From assembly GCA_035758845.1 (NCBI GenBank), contig DASTVZ010000178.1:34713-98712 (forward strand): a DNA stretch of 64,000 bases. The letters run 5' to 3'. This document shows positions 18,190 through 27,714 of the stretch, piece by piece (within the stretch, counting starts at the first letter, position 1; every line of letters begins with the position of its first letter). The notes beneath the pieces were generated by a model, which was not told the origin of the DNA, did not search any database, and saw only the letters and a program-made list of their open reading frames with translations. The DNA is from Vicinamibacterales bacterium. GTDB lineage: Bacteria > Acidobacteriota > Vicinamibacteria > Vicinamibacterales > 2-12-FULL-66-21. The position numbers and the translations under genes were made by a program.

Positions 18190-20376
18190 ATGTCCTGGCA
18201 ACGAAAAGCTCGCATCGCCATAGCCGCGTTCGTGATCGTCTTCATCGCGATCGTGGTCGTTGCCTTGCGTCAGCGTAAGGGGCCGCCACAGACCGCGGCC
18301 GTGCCCGAGCGGCGGGACAAAGACTGCATTCTCGAGAACACCCAGAGCGGTGAGGTGAAGCAGTCCAAAGACGGGAAGATTGTTTTTGCGATGAAGTTTG
18401 GCGCCCAGTGCAGCTACAACGATGGTCGCACACGACTCGGAAATGGCGTCGAGATTACATCGTTGAGAAATGGGAAACCGTTCACCGTCCGAAGCAACGA
18501 AGCGGAGGTGGTTCAGTCTGGCGAGGATTTGAAGACCGCTCATTACATCGGAGCGGTGAAGCTGACGAGCGAGGGGACGGAAGTCACGACCGACGATGCC
18601 ACCTACGATCACCAGGCCGGACTACTTAAAGCGCCTGGACCGGTGGCGTTCACGCGTGGGCGGATGCATGGAAGCGGCGTCGGCGCGACATACGATTTCA
18701 ACCGCGAAGTGCTCTGGCTGCTCGCGCAGCCTCACGTCACAGTGACGCCCGACGAGAAGGGTCAAGGCGCGATCGATGCCACGGCTGAATCGATTGGCCT
18801 GGCGAAAGCCGAACACTATCTGAAACTGACGCGCAGCGCACACATCAATGCCGAAGGACGCGTCATTGATGCCGATGAGATCATGATCCTGCTGACCCAG
18901 GACGATCAGCGCGTCCAGGTGCTGCAGCTTCGCAACAACAGCCGCATCACCAGCTCGGGGGACGGCGGCCCCCAGTCGATGGCCGCTCGCGATATCGACC
19001 TGACCTACGGCGACGACGGCCGCACGCTGCAGCACTCGCACCTGGTCGAGAACGCCGTCGTGCAACTACCCGGCGAAGCCAACGGAGCCGGAAAGCGGGT
19101 CGCCGGGAAAACGATCGACATGTCGATGTCGCCAGATGGCAAGACGTTAACCAGTCTCGACGCGGTGGAGAACGTCGAGGTCGATCTGCCGCCGGATGGC
19201 GATTCGCCCGCGAAGCGTATTCGTTCAGCCACGTTGAACGCGACCGGAGCACCGGGAACAGGGCTGCAGAACGCGACGTTTGGCGGCAATGTCGAGTATC
19301 GCGAGACTCGAGCCGCACGGGGCACTCTGCCGGCCGTCGATCGACAGGCACGCGCGGTGACCCTGGTCATTACGACCAAGCCCGGGTTTGGTGCGGTCGA
19401 ACAGGCGGACTTTCGCGGCAACGTGCACTTCACGGATGGTCCGCAGGTCGCGGCGGACGCGACCCACGCCTTGTACCATGTCGAGAAAGACCAAATCGAT
19501 CTGTCGCCGTCGCAGGATCCGGGGCCGTCGGCGCCGCGAGTGAGCGACGGCCGGGTCACCGTCGAAGCGCGGGCCATCGAGTTCTCGATTGCCTCGAGAA
19601 AGCTGAAAGCGGACACAAAAGTGCGCACCTCGATGCTGCCGCAGAAGGGGGCAGATGGGGGTCAATCCGGGGTCAAACCGGGGTCAGACCAGGGTCAGAC
19701 CCCAACACGCGTGCCGGCATTGTTGCAGCAGGACCAACCCGTCACCGTCACGTCCAACCGGCTCGAGTACGATGGACTCGCCGGCCACGCCGTCTACATT
19801 GGAAACTCCCGGTTGTGGCAGGGCGCGACCAAAGTGAACGCCGACACGATCGTCGTCGACGACAAAACCGGCAACCTCGAGGCACGCGTCAACGTGCACA
19901 CTGAAATGATGATGGACGACGTCGATCCGAAGACCAACGTCCGAAAGAGCACGCCGTCGACGGGAGAATCGGAAACATTCCTGTACGATGACGCGAAACG
20001 GCTCGCGACCTACACCACCAAGGCGCACATGATCGGTTCGGAAGGGGACGTCGCTGCCGAAAAACTTGAACTCTATTTGAAGAAGGACGTGAATGAGCTC
20101 GAGCGCGTCGAAGGATACGGCGCCAATGGTTCGGTGATAGTGAAGGAAGGAGGTCGGATCGCAACTGGCGCTCGTCTCACGTATCTGTCGAAGGACCAGA
20201 CCTATCACATGACCGGAACACCCGTGGAGGCGATCGAAATCGCTCCAAACGACTGCAAGAAGTCGGTCGGTGCCACATTGACCTTCCAGCGCGCGGTCGA
20301 CTCCATCACCATGAAGGGGCCAAATCTACTCAGGTCCGTGCAGCAGTCAATCGCGTGTCCAACGGAGACGCGGTAG
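18190..20376 (+). CDS. membrane-anchored LptC/LptA (OstA-like) multi-domain protein
   Basis: N-terminal TM anchor (IAIAAFVIVFIAIVVVAL) followed by repeated OstA-type strands (A.D.A.Y..., FRGNVHF, FGGNVEY, NADTIVVDDKTGNLEARVNVH). Sits 4 nt upstream of lptB, in the lptC-lptA slot. Confidence 0.7.
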   Translation: MSWQRKARIAIAAFVIVFIAIVVVALRQRKGPPQTAAVPERRDKDCILENTQSGEVKQSKDGKIVFAMKFGAQCSYNDGRTRLGNGVEITSLRNGKPFTVRSNEAEVVQSGEDLKTAHYIGAVKLTSEGTEVTTDDATYDHQAGLLKAPGPVAFTRGRMHGSGVGATYDFNREVLWLLAQPHVTVTPDEKGQGAIDATAESIGLAKAEHYLKLTRSAHINAEGRVIDADEIMILLTQDDQRVQVLQLRNNSRITSSGDGGPQSMAARDIDLTYGDDGRTLQHSHLVENAVVQLPGEANGAGKRVAGKTIDMSMSPDGKTLTSLDAVENVEVDLPPDGDSPAKRIRSATLNATGAPGTGLQNATFGGNVEYRETRAARGTLPAVDRQARAVTLVITTKPGFGAVEQADFRGNVHFTDGPQVAADATHALYHVEKDQIDLSPSQDPGPSAPRVSDGRVTVEARAIEFSIASRKLKADTKVRTSMLPQKGADGGQSGVKPGSDQGQTPTRVPALLQQDQPVTVTSNRLEYDGLAGHAVYIGNSRLWQGATKVNADTIVVDDKTGNLEARVNVHTEMMMDDVDPKTNVRKSTPSTGESETFLYDDAKRLATYTTKAHMIGSEGDVAAEKLELYLKKDVNELERVEGYGANGSVIVKEGGRIATGARLTYLSKDQTYHMTGTPVEAIEIAPNDCKKSVGATLTFQRAVDSITMKGPNLLRSVQQSIACPTETR

Positions 20377-20379
20377 GAC

Positions 20380-21105
20380 GTGGCCACACTGCACACCGCA
20401 GACCTCACCAAGTCATACAGCGGACGCACCGTGGTGAAGGGCGTGAACCTCGATGTCTCGTCCGGCGAGGTCGTGGGCCTTCTCGGTCCGAACGGCGCCG
20501 GAAAGACGACGACATTTTCAATGGTCGTCGGGTTGACGGCACCTGATTCCGGTCGTGTCCTGCTCGACGGGGCCGATGTGACCGACGATCCAATGTACGT
20601 CCGGGCCCGAAAGGGCATCGGCTATCTGCCGCAGGAAGCATCGATCTTTCGCGGCCTTAGCGTCGAGGACAACATTACGGCGATTCTCGAAACGCTTCCG
20701 CTCGATTCCGCCAGCCGCCGCAATCGGAGAACAGAACTGCTCGCCGAGCTCGGCCTGACGCCGCTCGCGAAGGCGCCAGCCTACACCCTGTCCGGCGGCG
20801 AACGGCGCCGGGTCGAAATCACTCGCGCGCTCGTCGTCTCACCCAAGATCATGCTCCTGGACGAGCCGTTCGCCGGGATCGATCCGATCGCCGTGACCGA
20901 CATCCAGAAGATCGTGTTTCATCTCAAGGAGCGGGGAATCGGTGTACTGATTACCGACCACAACGTGCGGGAAACACTCAGGATAACGGACCGCGCGTAT
21001 ATCGTGCATGACGGCGTCATCTTCCGCAGTGGAACTCCGGCCAGCCTCGCCGCCGACGAGGAGGTGAAGCGGATTTACCTCGGCTCGGAGTTCCGATTGG
21101 ACTAA
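20380..21105 (+). CDS. lptB: LPS export ABC transporter ATP-binding protein LptB
   Basis: 241 aa. Walker [10 protein letters not shown], signature LSGGERRR, and the conserved lptB-rpoN synteny. Confidence 0.93.
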   Translation: MATLHTADLTKSYSGRTVVKGVNLDVSSGEVVGLLGPNGAGKTTTFSMVVGLTAPDSGRVLLDGADVTDDPMYVRARKGIGYLPQEASIFRGLSVEDNITAILETLPLDSASRRNRRTELLAELGLTPLAKAPAYTLSGGERRRVEITRALVVSPKIMLLDEPFAGIDPIAVTDIQKIVFHLKERGIGVLITDHNVRETLRITDRAYIVHDGVIFRSGTPASLAADEEVKRIYLGSEFRLD

Positions 21106-21139
21106 GATTGGAAGGGACGGACACGGCCCCACTCGACTA

Positions 21140-22579
21140 ATGGCGATTCAGCAGAAGCTCCACACCAAGCTCGTTCAAAAGCTCATCCTTACTCCATCGC
21201 TGCAGCAGGCGATCAAGCTGTTGCCGATGTCGACGCTCGAGCTCGCGGAGCTGCTGAACCAGGAAATGGTCGAAAATCCGCTGCTCGAGGAGGTGCCGAC
21301 TGAGGAACTTCAGCCGGCAGAGCAACAGCAGCAACAGGAAAAAGCGGCGGACCAGCAGCCGGCCGACAAGGGCGATCCCTGGGACGATGCCGACTACGAG
21401 TACTTCTTCGGAGACTATCTCGACGACGGCTATCGCTCCCGCACCCCATCCGAGGTCAAGGAGCTGCCGCCGATCGAGAACACACTCTCGACGGCGGCTT
21501 CACTCTCCGACCATCTGCTCTGGCAACTCTCCCTCCAAACAGACGACGAACGGCTCAAGGAGATCGGCGGCGCGATTATCGGCAATCTCGACGACGATGG
21601 ATATCTGGTCGCGTCGGTCGAAGAAATCGCGGCAATGGGGGAGTGGCCCGTCGCCGATGTCGAACGCGCATTGCAGCACGTACAGACGTTCGATCCGATC
21701 GGTGTCGCCGCGCGTGATCTGCAGGAGTGTCTCTGGCTCCAGATTCGGCATCTCGGTCTCGAGGGCACACCGACCGAGAAGATCGTCACCGAACACCTCC
21801 GACTTCTCCAGAACCATCAGGTTCCTGAAATCGCGAGGAAGCTCGGCATCTCGCTCGACGACTTGAAGGAACACGTCGAAATCATTCGCAACCTGGATCC
21901 CAAGCCGGGAAGCCGCTACAACCCCTCGCAGTCACAGTACGTCATTCCGGATGTGTACGTCGTCAAGGTTGAGGATCAGTACGTCGCCGCGTTGAATGAG
22001 GAAGGATTGCCGCAGCTGCGGATCAGTCCGGTCTATCGGCGGCTGCTCGACAAGACCGGCGCCGGTGGCGGAGAACAGAACGACGAGACGCGCGCCTATG
22101 TGAAGGACAAATTCCGATCGGCGCTCTGGTTGATCAAGTCGGTCGATCAGCGGCAGAAGACGATTCACAAGGTCGCGACCAGTATCATCAATTTTCAACG
22201 CGAGTTTCTCGATCACGGGATCGAGTATCTGCGGCCGCTCGTGCTTCGTGACGTGGCCAACGACATCGGCATGCACGAATCGACGGTCAGCCGCGTCGTC
22301 AACAACAAGTACATGCACACGCCGCAAGGCGTCTTCGAGCTGAAATACTTTTTCCACAGCGGGATCAGCAGCTCGTTCGGCGAGAGCGTCTCGTCGGTCA
22401 CCATCAAACAGCGGATCCGCAAGATCATCGAGAACGAGGATCCGCGCAAGCCGTTGAGCGACTCGAAAATCGTGAGCATCCTCCAGAAAGAGGGTCTGAT
22501 GCTTGCCCGCCGCACCATCGCGAAGTATCGCGAGGAGCTGAAGATTCCAACATCGAACCAGAGAAAAGTGCTTTTCTGA
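21140..22579 (+). CDS. rpoN: RNA polymerase sigma-54 factor
   Basis: 479 aa. N-terminal Gln-rich region I and the RpoN box ARRTIAKYR near the C-terminus. Confidence 0.95.
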   Translation: MAIQQKLHTKLVQKLILTPSLQQAIKLLPMSTLELAELLNQEMVENPLLEEVPTEELQPAEQQQQQEKAADQQPADKGDPWDDADYEYFFGDYLDDGYRSRTPSEVKELPPIENTLSTAASLSDHLLWQLSLQTDDERLKEIGGAIIGNLDDDGYLVASVEEIAAMGEWPVADVERALQHVQTFDPIGVAARDLQECLWLQIRHLGLEGTPTEKIVTEHLRLLQNHQVPEIARKLGISLDDLKEHVEIIRNLDPKPGSRYNPSQSQYVIPDVYVVKVEDQYVAALNEEGLPQLRISPVYRRLLDKTGAGGGEQNDETRAYVKDKFRSALWLIKSVDQRQKTIHKVATSIINFQREFLDHGIEYLRPLVLRDVANDIGMHESTVSRVVNNKYMHTPQGVFELKYFFHSGISSSFGESVSSVTIKQRIRKIIENEDPRKPLSDSKIVSILQKEGLMLARRTIAKYREELKIPTSNQRKVLF

Positions 22580-22659
22580 GCTCTCAGCTATCAGCTCTCA
22601 GCTGTCAGCAGCACGCGGCGGCTGTGAGCTGAAAGCTGACGGCTGACAGCTGATAGCTT
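22578..22659. repeat. heptamer-armed hairpin (CAGCTNT)n / (GCTGANN)n
   Basis: Left arm 22585-22612 and right arm 22621-22658, with the right arm the reverse complement of the left. It fills the rpoN-hpf spacer. Confidence 0.85.
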
Positions 22660-22662
22660 CTT

Positions 22663-23187
22663 ATGCGACTCGATATAACCGGCCGGCACGTGGAGATCAC
22701 CGCTCCCGTGCGGCAGCTGATAACCAGACGTTTTTCCCGCCTCGAGCGTCTCCTGAACGACGCGGCCGTCTCCGCAATCATCACGCTGACGAAAGAGAAG
22801 TACCGTCTGCGCACGGAGATTGCCGTTCACACCAAAGGGGACCACGTGCTCCGCGGGAACGGTGAAGGGAACGCGTGGCCGATCTCGATCCGCCAGGCGA
22901 CGCAGAAGATCGAGCAGCAGGCGCAAACGTTGAAGGGCAAGTGGGATGGCCGCAAACGTACTGCGGCTCCGCGTGTCGTTCGGCCCGCGCCTGGTGAAGC
23001 GGCTTCGGCGCCGCGTATTGTCAGGAACGCGCGGTACGCCGTGAAACCGATGTCACTCGAAGACGCGGCGCTGCGGGTCGACGGCGAGGGAGACAACTTC
23101 GTCGTGTTTCGGAATGCTGAAACCGACGCCGTCAGCATTTTGTATCGCCGAAAAGACGGAAATCTCGGGCTGATCGAGCCGGAGTAG
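22663..23187 (+). CDS. hpf: ribosome hibernation promoting factor, long form
   Basis: 174 aa. The N-terminal sigma-54 modulation/S30EA domain (ITGRHVEIT) and a C-terminal dimerisation domain (VVFRNAETDAVSILYRRKDGNLGLIE). Confidence 0.9.
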   Translation: MRLDITGRHVEITAPVRQLITRRFSRLERLLNDAAVSAIITLTKEKYRLRTEIAVHTKGDHVLRGNGEGNAWPISIRQATQKIEQQAQTLKGKWDGRKRTAAPRVVRPAPGEAASAPRIVRNARYAVKPMSLEDAALRVDGEGDNFVVFRNAETDAVSILYRRKDGNLGLIEPE

Positions 23188-23244
23188 TTCCCGCGACGAA
23201 CGATCGGGAACCGATTTCGTGCAGATTCACGTAGCATTGCCGCG

Positions 23245-24231
23245 ATGACCGAAACCGCCCAGCCGCGGGGCGTCACCGTCGCAACGATCCTTCGAGATGT
23301 CTCGGATTCCGGCGCTTTCGATCTCGAACTGCTTGCCGGGCACTCCGGGCTCGAACGGCTGATCACCATTCCGCACACGCAGAAAACGGGCCTCGCTCTC
23401 TCCGGGTTCGATGCCTACCTTCGTCCCGGCCGTGTGCTCGTGTTCGGCACGAGCGAAGTGCGATATCTCGAAACCCTGACCGCTGAGGAACGCGCCGTGG
23501 CCCTGCGACGAGTATTCAGCCACGAGCTTCCATGTCTGCTCGTCACCGGAGGCGCCTCGCCGCCCCCTGAAACCATCGCCGAAGCCGACCGCGCCGCCGT
23601 GCCGCTGCTGCGGTCGCGAACGCCGACGCCGGAAGCCATCTCGAGACTTTCGTCAGTCCTCGATGCGCATCTCGCCGCGCGCGGTGTGGTCCACGGCGTC
23701 CTGATGGACATCCTCGGTCTTGGCGTGCTCGTGGTCGGCGAAAGCGGTATCGGAAAGAGTGAATGTGCGCTGGACCTGGTCGTCCGTGGCCACCGGCTTG
23801 TCGCCGACGACGTGGTCGAACTGCGATGCCGGGCGCAATCGTTCCTGATCGGAACATGTCCCGAGTTGACGCGGAACCACATGGAGATTCGCGGGCTTGG
23901 GTTAATCAATGTGCAGGATCTCTTTGGCGTCGCATCGACGCGATCGTCGAAGCGCGTCGAACTGGTCGTCCAACTGGAACGATGGGAGCACGGCCGGGAA
24001 TACGATCGCCTCGGCGTTGACGACGAATCCTACGAAACACTCGGCGTGCGCATTCCAATGATTCGGATGCCGGTCGCTCCAGGACGCAACGTCGCGATTC
24101 TCGTCGAAGTGGCGGCGCGTAACCAACTGCTGCGCGTGCGCGGCCACCATGCGGCGCGCAAGCTCGTGACCCGCCTGAACGACCAGCTTGCCGGCCGCGG
24201 GCAGGATGTCGACATAGGAGAAGACCATTGA
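23245..24231 (+). CDS. hprK: HPr kinase/phosphorylase
   Basis: 328 aa. Walker A GESGIGKSE, LVADD, and MEIRGLGLINV, typical of HprK. Confidence 0.9.
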   Translation: MTETAQPRGVTVATILRDVSDSGAFDLELLAGHSGLERLITIPHTQKTGLALSGFDAYLRPGRVLVFGTSEVRYLETLTAEERAVALRRVFSHELPCLLVTGGASPPPETIAEADRAAVPLLRSRTPTPEAISRLSSVLDAHLAARGVVHGVLMDILGLGVLVVGESGIGKSECALDLVVRGHRLVADDVVELRCRAQSFLIGTCPELTRNHMEIRGLGLINVQDLFGVASTRSSKRVELVVQLERWEHGREYDRLGVDDESYETLGVRIPMIRMPVAPGRNVAILVEVAARNQLLRVRGHHAARKLVTRLNDQLAGRGQDVDIGEDH

Positions 24232-25145
24232 TGCGAGAGAAGCGCCACGCTGCGAGGCGCGCCGCTCGCACGGCGGTGACCTCCCGCTTCGTCGTGCTGA
24301 CGGGTCTTTCCGGATCGGGAAAGTCGCAAGCGATCCGCGCGCTCGAGGATCTCGGCTACTTCTGCGTCGATAACCTGCCGGTGACGCTCTTGCCGATGCT
24401 CGCCGAACTCACGCTGAGGGCTGGGACGGAGATTTCCCGGGCTGCCGTTGTCGTCGACGTGCGCGAAGGGAAGATGCTGAAAGAGTTTCCGGGCGTCTAC
24501 CGTCGCTTGAAGGCGCGGAAGAACCTGAATCCGGTCCTGATCTTCCTCGAGGCGGCGGAGCCTGCGCTCGTGCGGCGATTCAGCGAGACGCGCCGGCCAC
24601 ACCCGCTGGCACCCGATCGATCGGCGATCGAAGGAATCCGGGAAGAGCGCGACGCCATGCGCGCCATTCGAAAGCTGGCCGATCACGTCATCGACACGAC
24701 CGAGATGACGGTTCATGAACTGCGACATGTCTTCACCGGGGTGGCGGCCGGCAGCACCCCTGGATCGCAGCTTGTCGTCACGATTCTAAGCTTCGGGTTC
24801 AAGCACGGCATTCCCGTCGACTCGGATCTGCTTTTTGACGTGCGCTTTCTTCCCAATCCGCATTTCGTTCCCGCCCTGCGGCCCTATACGGGACGAGATG
24901 CGGAAGTCGCTCGCTATCTCGATCGTTCCAGCGCCACCCACGAATTCCTGGATCACACACTCAATCTGCTGAAATTCCTGATTCCGCAGTACGCTCACGA
25001 AGGAAAGACGTATTTGACTATCGGGATCGGATGCACCGGCGGGCGCCATCGGTCGGTGGCGATCGCGGAGGCACTGAGAAAGGGACTCGCGGGGATTCCT
25101 GGCGTGCGTCTTCGGGTGAAGCATCGGGATATTGCGAATGAATAG
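24228..25145 (+). CDS. rapZ: RNase adapter protein RapZ (YvcJ/YhbJ family)
   Basis: 305 aa with GLSGSGKS, FGFKHG, DVRFLPNP and CTGGRHRSV motifs. Confidence 0.92.
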   Translation: MMREKRHAARRAARTAVTSRFVVLTGLSGSGKSQAIRALEDLGYFCVDNLPVTLLPMLAELTLRAGTEISRAAVVVDVREGKMLKEFPGVYRRLKARKNLNPVLIFLEAAEPALVRRFSETRRPHPLAPDRSAIEGIREERDAMRAIRKLADHVIDTTEMTVHELRHVFTGVAAGSTPGSQLVVTILSFGFKHGIPVDSDLLFDVRFLPNPHFVPALRPYTGRDAEVARYLDRSSATHEFLDHTLNLLKFLIPQYAHEGKTYLTIGIGCTGGRHRSVAIAEALRKGLAGIPGVRLRVKHRDIANE

Positions 25146-25265
25146 ACGTCGTCTAAGTGGGACAAGGCGCGCCACGGGCGCGCCCGCCGGAGCGGAGCGG
25201 GGCGTTGGGGCCCCGCGAGCGAAGGCGTGGGGGGTCCGCGGGGGCGAAGCCCCCCGGATCAGAAC

Positions 25266-25697
25266 ATGAAGCTGGGCATTGTCGTCGTGACCCACGGCCA
25301 ACTGGCGACCGAACTCGTCAATTCTGCTGAGATGATCGTCGGCGATCTGCCGCATTTCGCGGCGGTCTCCATCGGATGGCACGAGGATGTCGACCACGCG
25401 CGAGAGGGGATCGGCGCCGCGATCGCTCGGGTTGGCGCGTCGGCCGGCGCGACTGACGAGGAGCCGGCCAAGGTACTCGTGCTGACTGATATGTTCGGCG
25501 GGACGCCTGCGAACCTGGCGGTCACGTTCGTCAGCGAACATGTCGAGGTGATTACCGGGGTCAACCTGGCGATGTTGATTAAGCTCGCGCGGCCGCAGAA
25601 GTTCGCGGATCTCGCATCGCTCGCGCGCGACATGCGCGAGCATGGCCGGAACGCCATCTGGGTCGCCTCGGATCTGCTGAAGGGCGAGAAGGCGTGA
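25266..25697 (+). CDS. PTS EIIA component, mannose class
   Basis: MKLGIVVVTHGQLA, with the phosphorylatable His, is typical of EIIA-Man. I trimmed the start to ATG 25266 because the upstream part of the track ORF lies in a GC hairpin region. Confidence 0.8.
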   Translation: MKLGIVVVTHGQLATELVNSAEMIVGDLPHFAAVSIGWHEDVDHAREGIGAAIARVGASAGATDEEPAKVLVLTDMFGGTPANLAVTFVSEHVEVITGVNLAMLIKLARPQKFADLASLARDMREHGRNAIWVASDLLKGEKA

Positions 25698-25705
25698 CAC
25701 GATGT

Positions 25706-25969
25706 ATGGTCACCATACTGAACCCACTCGGGCTTCATGCCCGCGCGGCGGCACGGTTCGTTCACGCCGCCAGTGGTTTCGCGTGCCGCATCAAGGTCGG
25801 CCGCGGTGGCCGCGAAGTTGACGGGAAAAGCATCATGGGACTGCTGCTGCTTGCTGCCGCGAAGGGCAGCGAAATCACGATATTGGCGGATGGACCAGAC
25901 GAGGAGGCGGCCGTGGCGGCGCTCTGCGCGTTGATCGAGCGCGGTTTGGACGAAGCGCCATGCGTCTGA
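25706..25969 (+). CDS. ptsH: phosphocarrier protein HPr/NPr
   Basis: MVTILNPLGLHARAAARFV (His15 context) and GKSIMGLLLLAA (Ser46 context, the HprK target). Confidence 0.85.
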   Translation: MVTILNPLGLHARAAARFVHAASGFACRIKVGRGGREVDGKSIMGLLLLAAAKGSEITILADGPDEEAAVAALCALIERGLDEAPCV

Positions 25970-27705
25970 CCGGCCTCGGCGTATCCCCCGGCATCGGCAT
26001 CGGCAAAGCGCTCGTGCTGCGTCGCGGTGCGCGCGATTTCCGATTCCGCATTCCAGCCGCCCGGATCGAGCGCGAAATCGAACTGCTCGCCGAAGCGCGC
26101 GCTCGCTCACGCGAGCAACTGCAACAGATCCGGCAGCGGATCGCGCAATCGGCCGGTGTCGAGCACGCGTATCTGTTCGACGCGCAACTGCTCATGCTCG
26201 ACGATGCGATGTTGATCGACCGGGCGGTTGAAATCATTCGCACCGAACAGCTGAATGCGGGATCGGCGCTGGAACGCGCGTTTTCGGAGATCTCGGCGGT
26301 GTTCGATCAGGGTGAAGACGCGTATCTCAAAGAGCGACAGGGAGACGTCGGTGACGTCGTTGGCCGTCTCTGCATGAACCTTCGCACCGGAGGAGATCCG
26401 CTCGAGGTGTTCAAAGATCTCGAAGGCCCACTGGTGCTTGTCGCCGACGAGTTGACGCCTTCGGTGATCGCCCAGCTCGATTGGCAGCGTTTCTCGGCGT
26501 TTTTGACCGATGGCGGCAGCTGGACGTACCACACGGCGATTCTCGCCAGATCGATCCAGGTGCCGGCGGTGGCCGGCCTGCGCACCGCAAGCAGCGTGAT
26601 TGCCCCGGGTGCTCTAATCGCCGTCGACGGCGCGAGTGGCGAGGTGTTCGTCGATCCGGATCCGGCGACGCTCGAGCACGTCCGGACACGGCAGCAGCGC
26701 CGCGAAAAATTCGAACAGTCGCTCGACGAGTATCGGCGCCTGCCGCCAGTCACCGAAGATGGCGTTCAGATCCGGCTCGAAGCTAACGTCGAGTCTCCCG
26801 ACGACGCGATGCGGGCGCGCGAGGCGGGCGCCGAGGGCATCGGCCTCTTCCGATCGGAGTTTCTGCTCGCGTGGGGCGGACACGCGGCGTTGACCGAAGA
26901 AACACAGTTCGCGGCCTACACGCGCCTCGTCGAGAGCATGGCGCCGGGCCGGGTCACGATCCGCACATTCGACATCAGTGAGGGGCAGCTGCCCGTCGAC
27001 ACGCCTGACGCCGATGGCGCGCGCGCGCCGCTTGGACTGCGCGGTGTCCGGCTGAGCCTGGCGATGGACGACGTGTTTCAGGCGCAGCTTCGCGCGTTGC
27101 TGCGCGCGGCGGCGCACGGACCTCTGCGGATCATGTTTCCGTTCGTGTCAGGCGTCGATGAACTTCGCGAGGCGCGCGCAGCCGTCGTGCGCGCCGCCGA
27201 GACTCTTCGCGCCCGCGGCATCGGCATACCTCCTGTGCCCATTGGCGTGATGATCGAGGTACCGTCGGCGGCAGTGACAGCCGATCTGCTCGCGGAGCAC
27301 GCGGACTTCTTCAGCATCGGCACCAACGACCTCATTCAGTACTGCTTGGCGGTCGATCGCACCGACGAGCGGGTGTCCAATCTGTATGAACCGCTCCATC
27401 CTGCCATCGTGAGAATGCTTCGGCTCGTCGCGCGTGCGGCGCGCCGGCGCGGCATCCCGGTGTCGGTGTGCGGCGAGATGGCCGCCGATCCGATCGTGCT
27501 GACACTGCTCGTGGGACTGGGTCTGACCGAATTCAGCATGGCGCCAACCGCCGTGCCTCTGGCCAAACAGGCGTTGCGCGGACTGAGCGCCGCCGAGGCG
27601 ACACGAATGGCAGCCCGGACGCTGCGCGCACACACCGCGTCCGACGTCGAGAAGCTGCTGGCGGAATTCATGTCGACGCGAATGAAAGTAGGGCCGCGGC
27701 TGTAA
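25960..27705 (+). CDS. ptsI: phosphoenolpyruvate-protein phosphotransferase (PTS Enzyme I)
   Basis: 581 aa. GGSWTYHTAILARS (active-site His) and the PEP-utilising TIM-barrel motifs FFSIGTNDLIQY and VCGEMA. Confidence 0.92.
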   Translation: MRLTGLGVSPGIGIGKALVLRRGARDFRFRIPAARIEREIELLAEARARSREQLQQIRQRIAQSAGVEHAYLFDAQLLMLDDAMLIDRAVEIIRTEQLNAGSALERAFSEISAVFDQGEDAYLKERQGDVGDVVGRLCMNLRTGGDPLEVFKDLEGPLVLVADELTPSVIAQLDWQRFSAFLTDGGSWTYHTAILARSIQVPAVAGLRTASSVIAPGALIAVDGASGEVFVDPDPATLEHVRTRQQRREKFEQSLDEYRRLPPVTEDGVQIRLEANVESPDDAMRAREAGAEGIGLFRSEFLLAWGGHAALTEETQFAAYTRLVESMAPGRVTIRTFDISEGQLPVDTPDADGARAPLGLRGVRLSLAMDDVFQAQLRALLRAAAHGPLRIMFPFVSGVDELREARAAVVRAAETLRARGIGIPPVPIGVMIEVPSAAVTADLLAEHADFFSIGTNDLIQYCLAVDRTDERVSNLYEPLHPAIVRMLRLVARAARRRGIPVSVCGEMAADPIVLTLLVGLGLTEFSMAPTAVPLAKQALRGLSAAEATRMAARTLRAHTASDVEKLLAEFMSTRMKVGPRL

Positions 27706-27714
27706 GGAGAACAT

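Noticed and set aside
25146-25265. Third copy of the 78-bp structured repeat in the rapZ-EIIA spacer
   Set aside because: It shares only short GC-rich pieces (GTCTAAG, GCGAAGGCG). It forms its own hairpins (GGCGCGCC-ACG-GGCGCGCC; GGGGGC-GAA-GCCCCC) but does not align with the element end to end.
24786-26110. - strand ORFs of 304 and 283 aa across rapZ, EIIA and HPr
   Set aside because: They are antisense to a tightly packed, well-recognised operon and have shadow-ORF composition.
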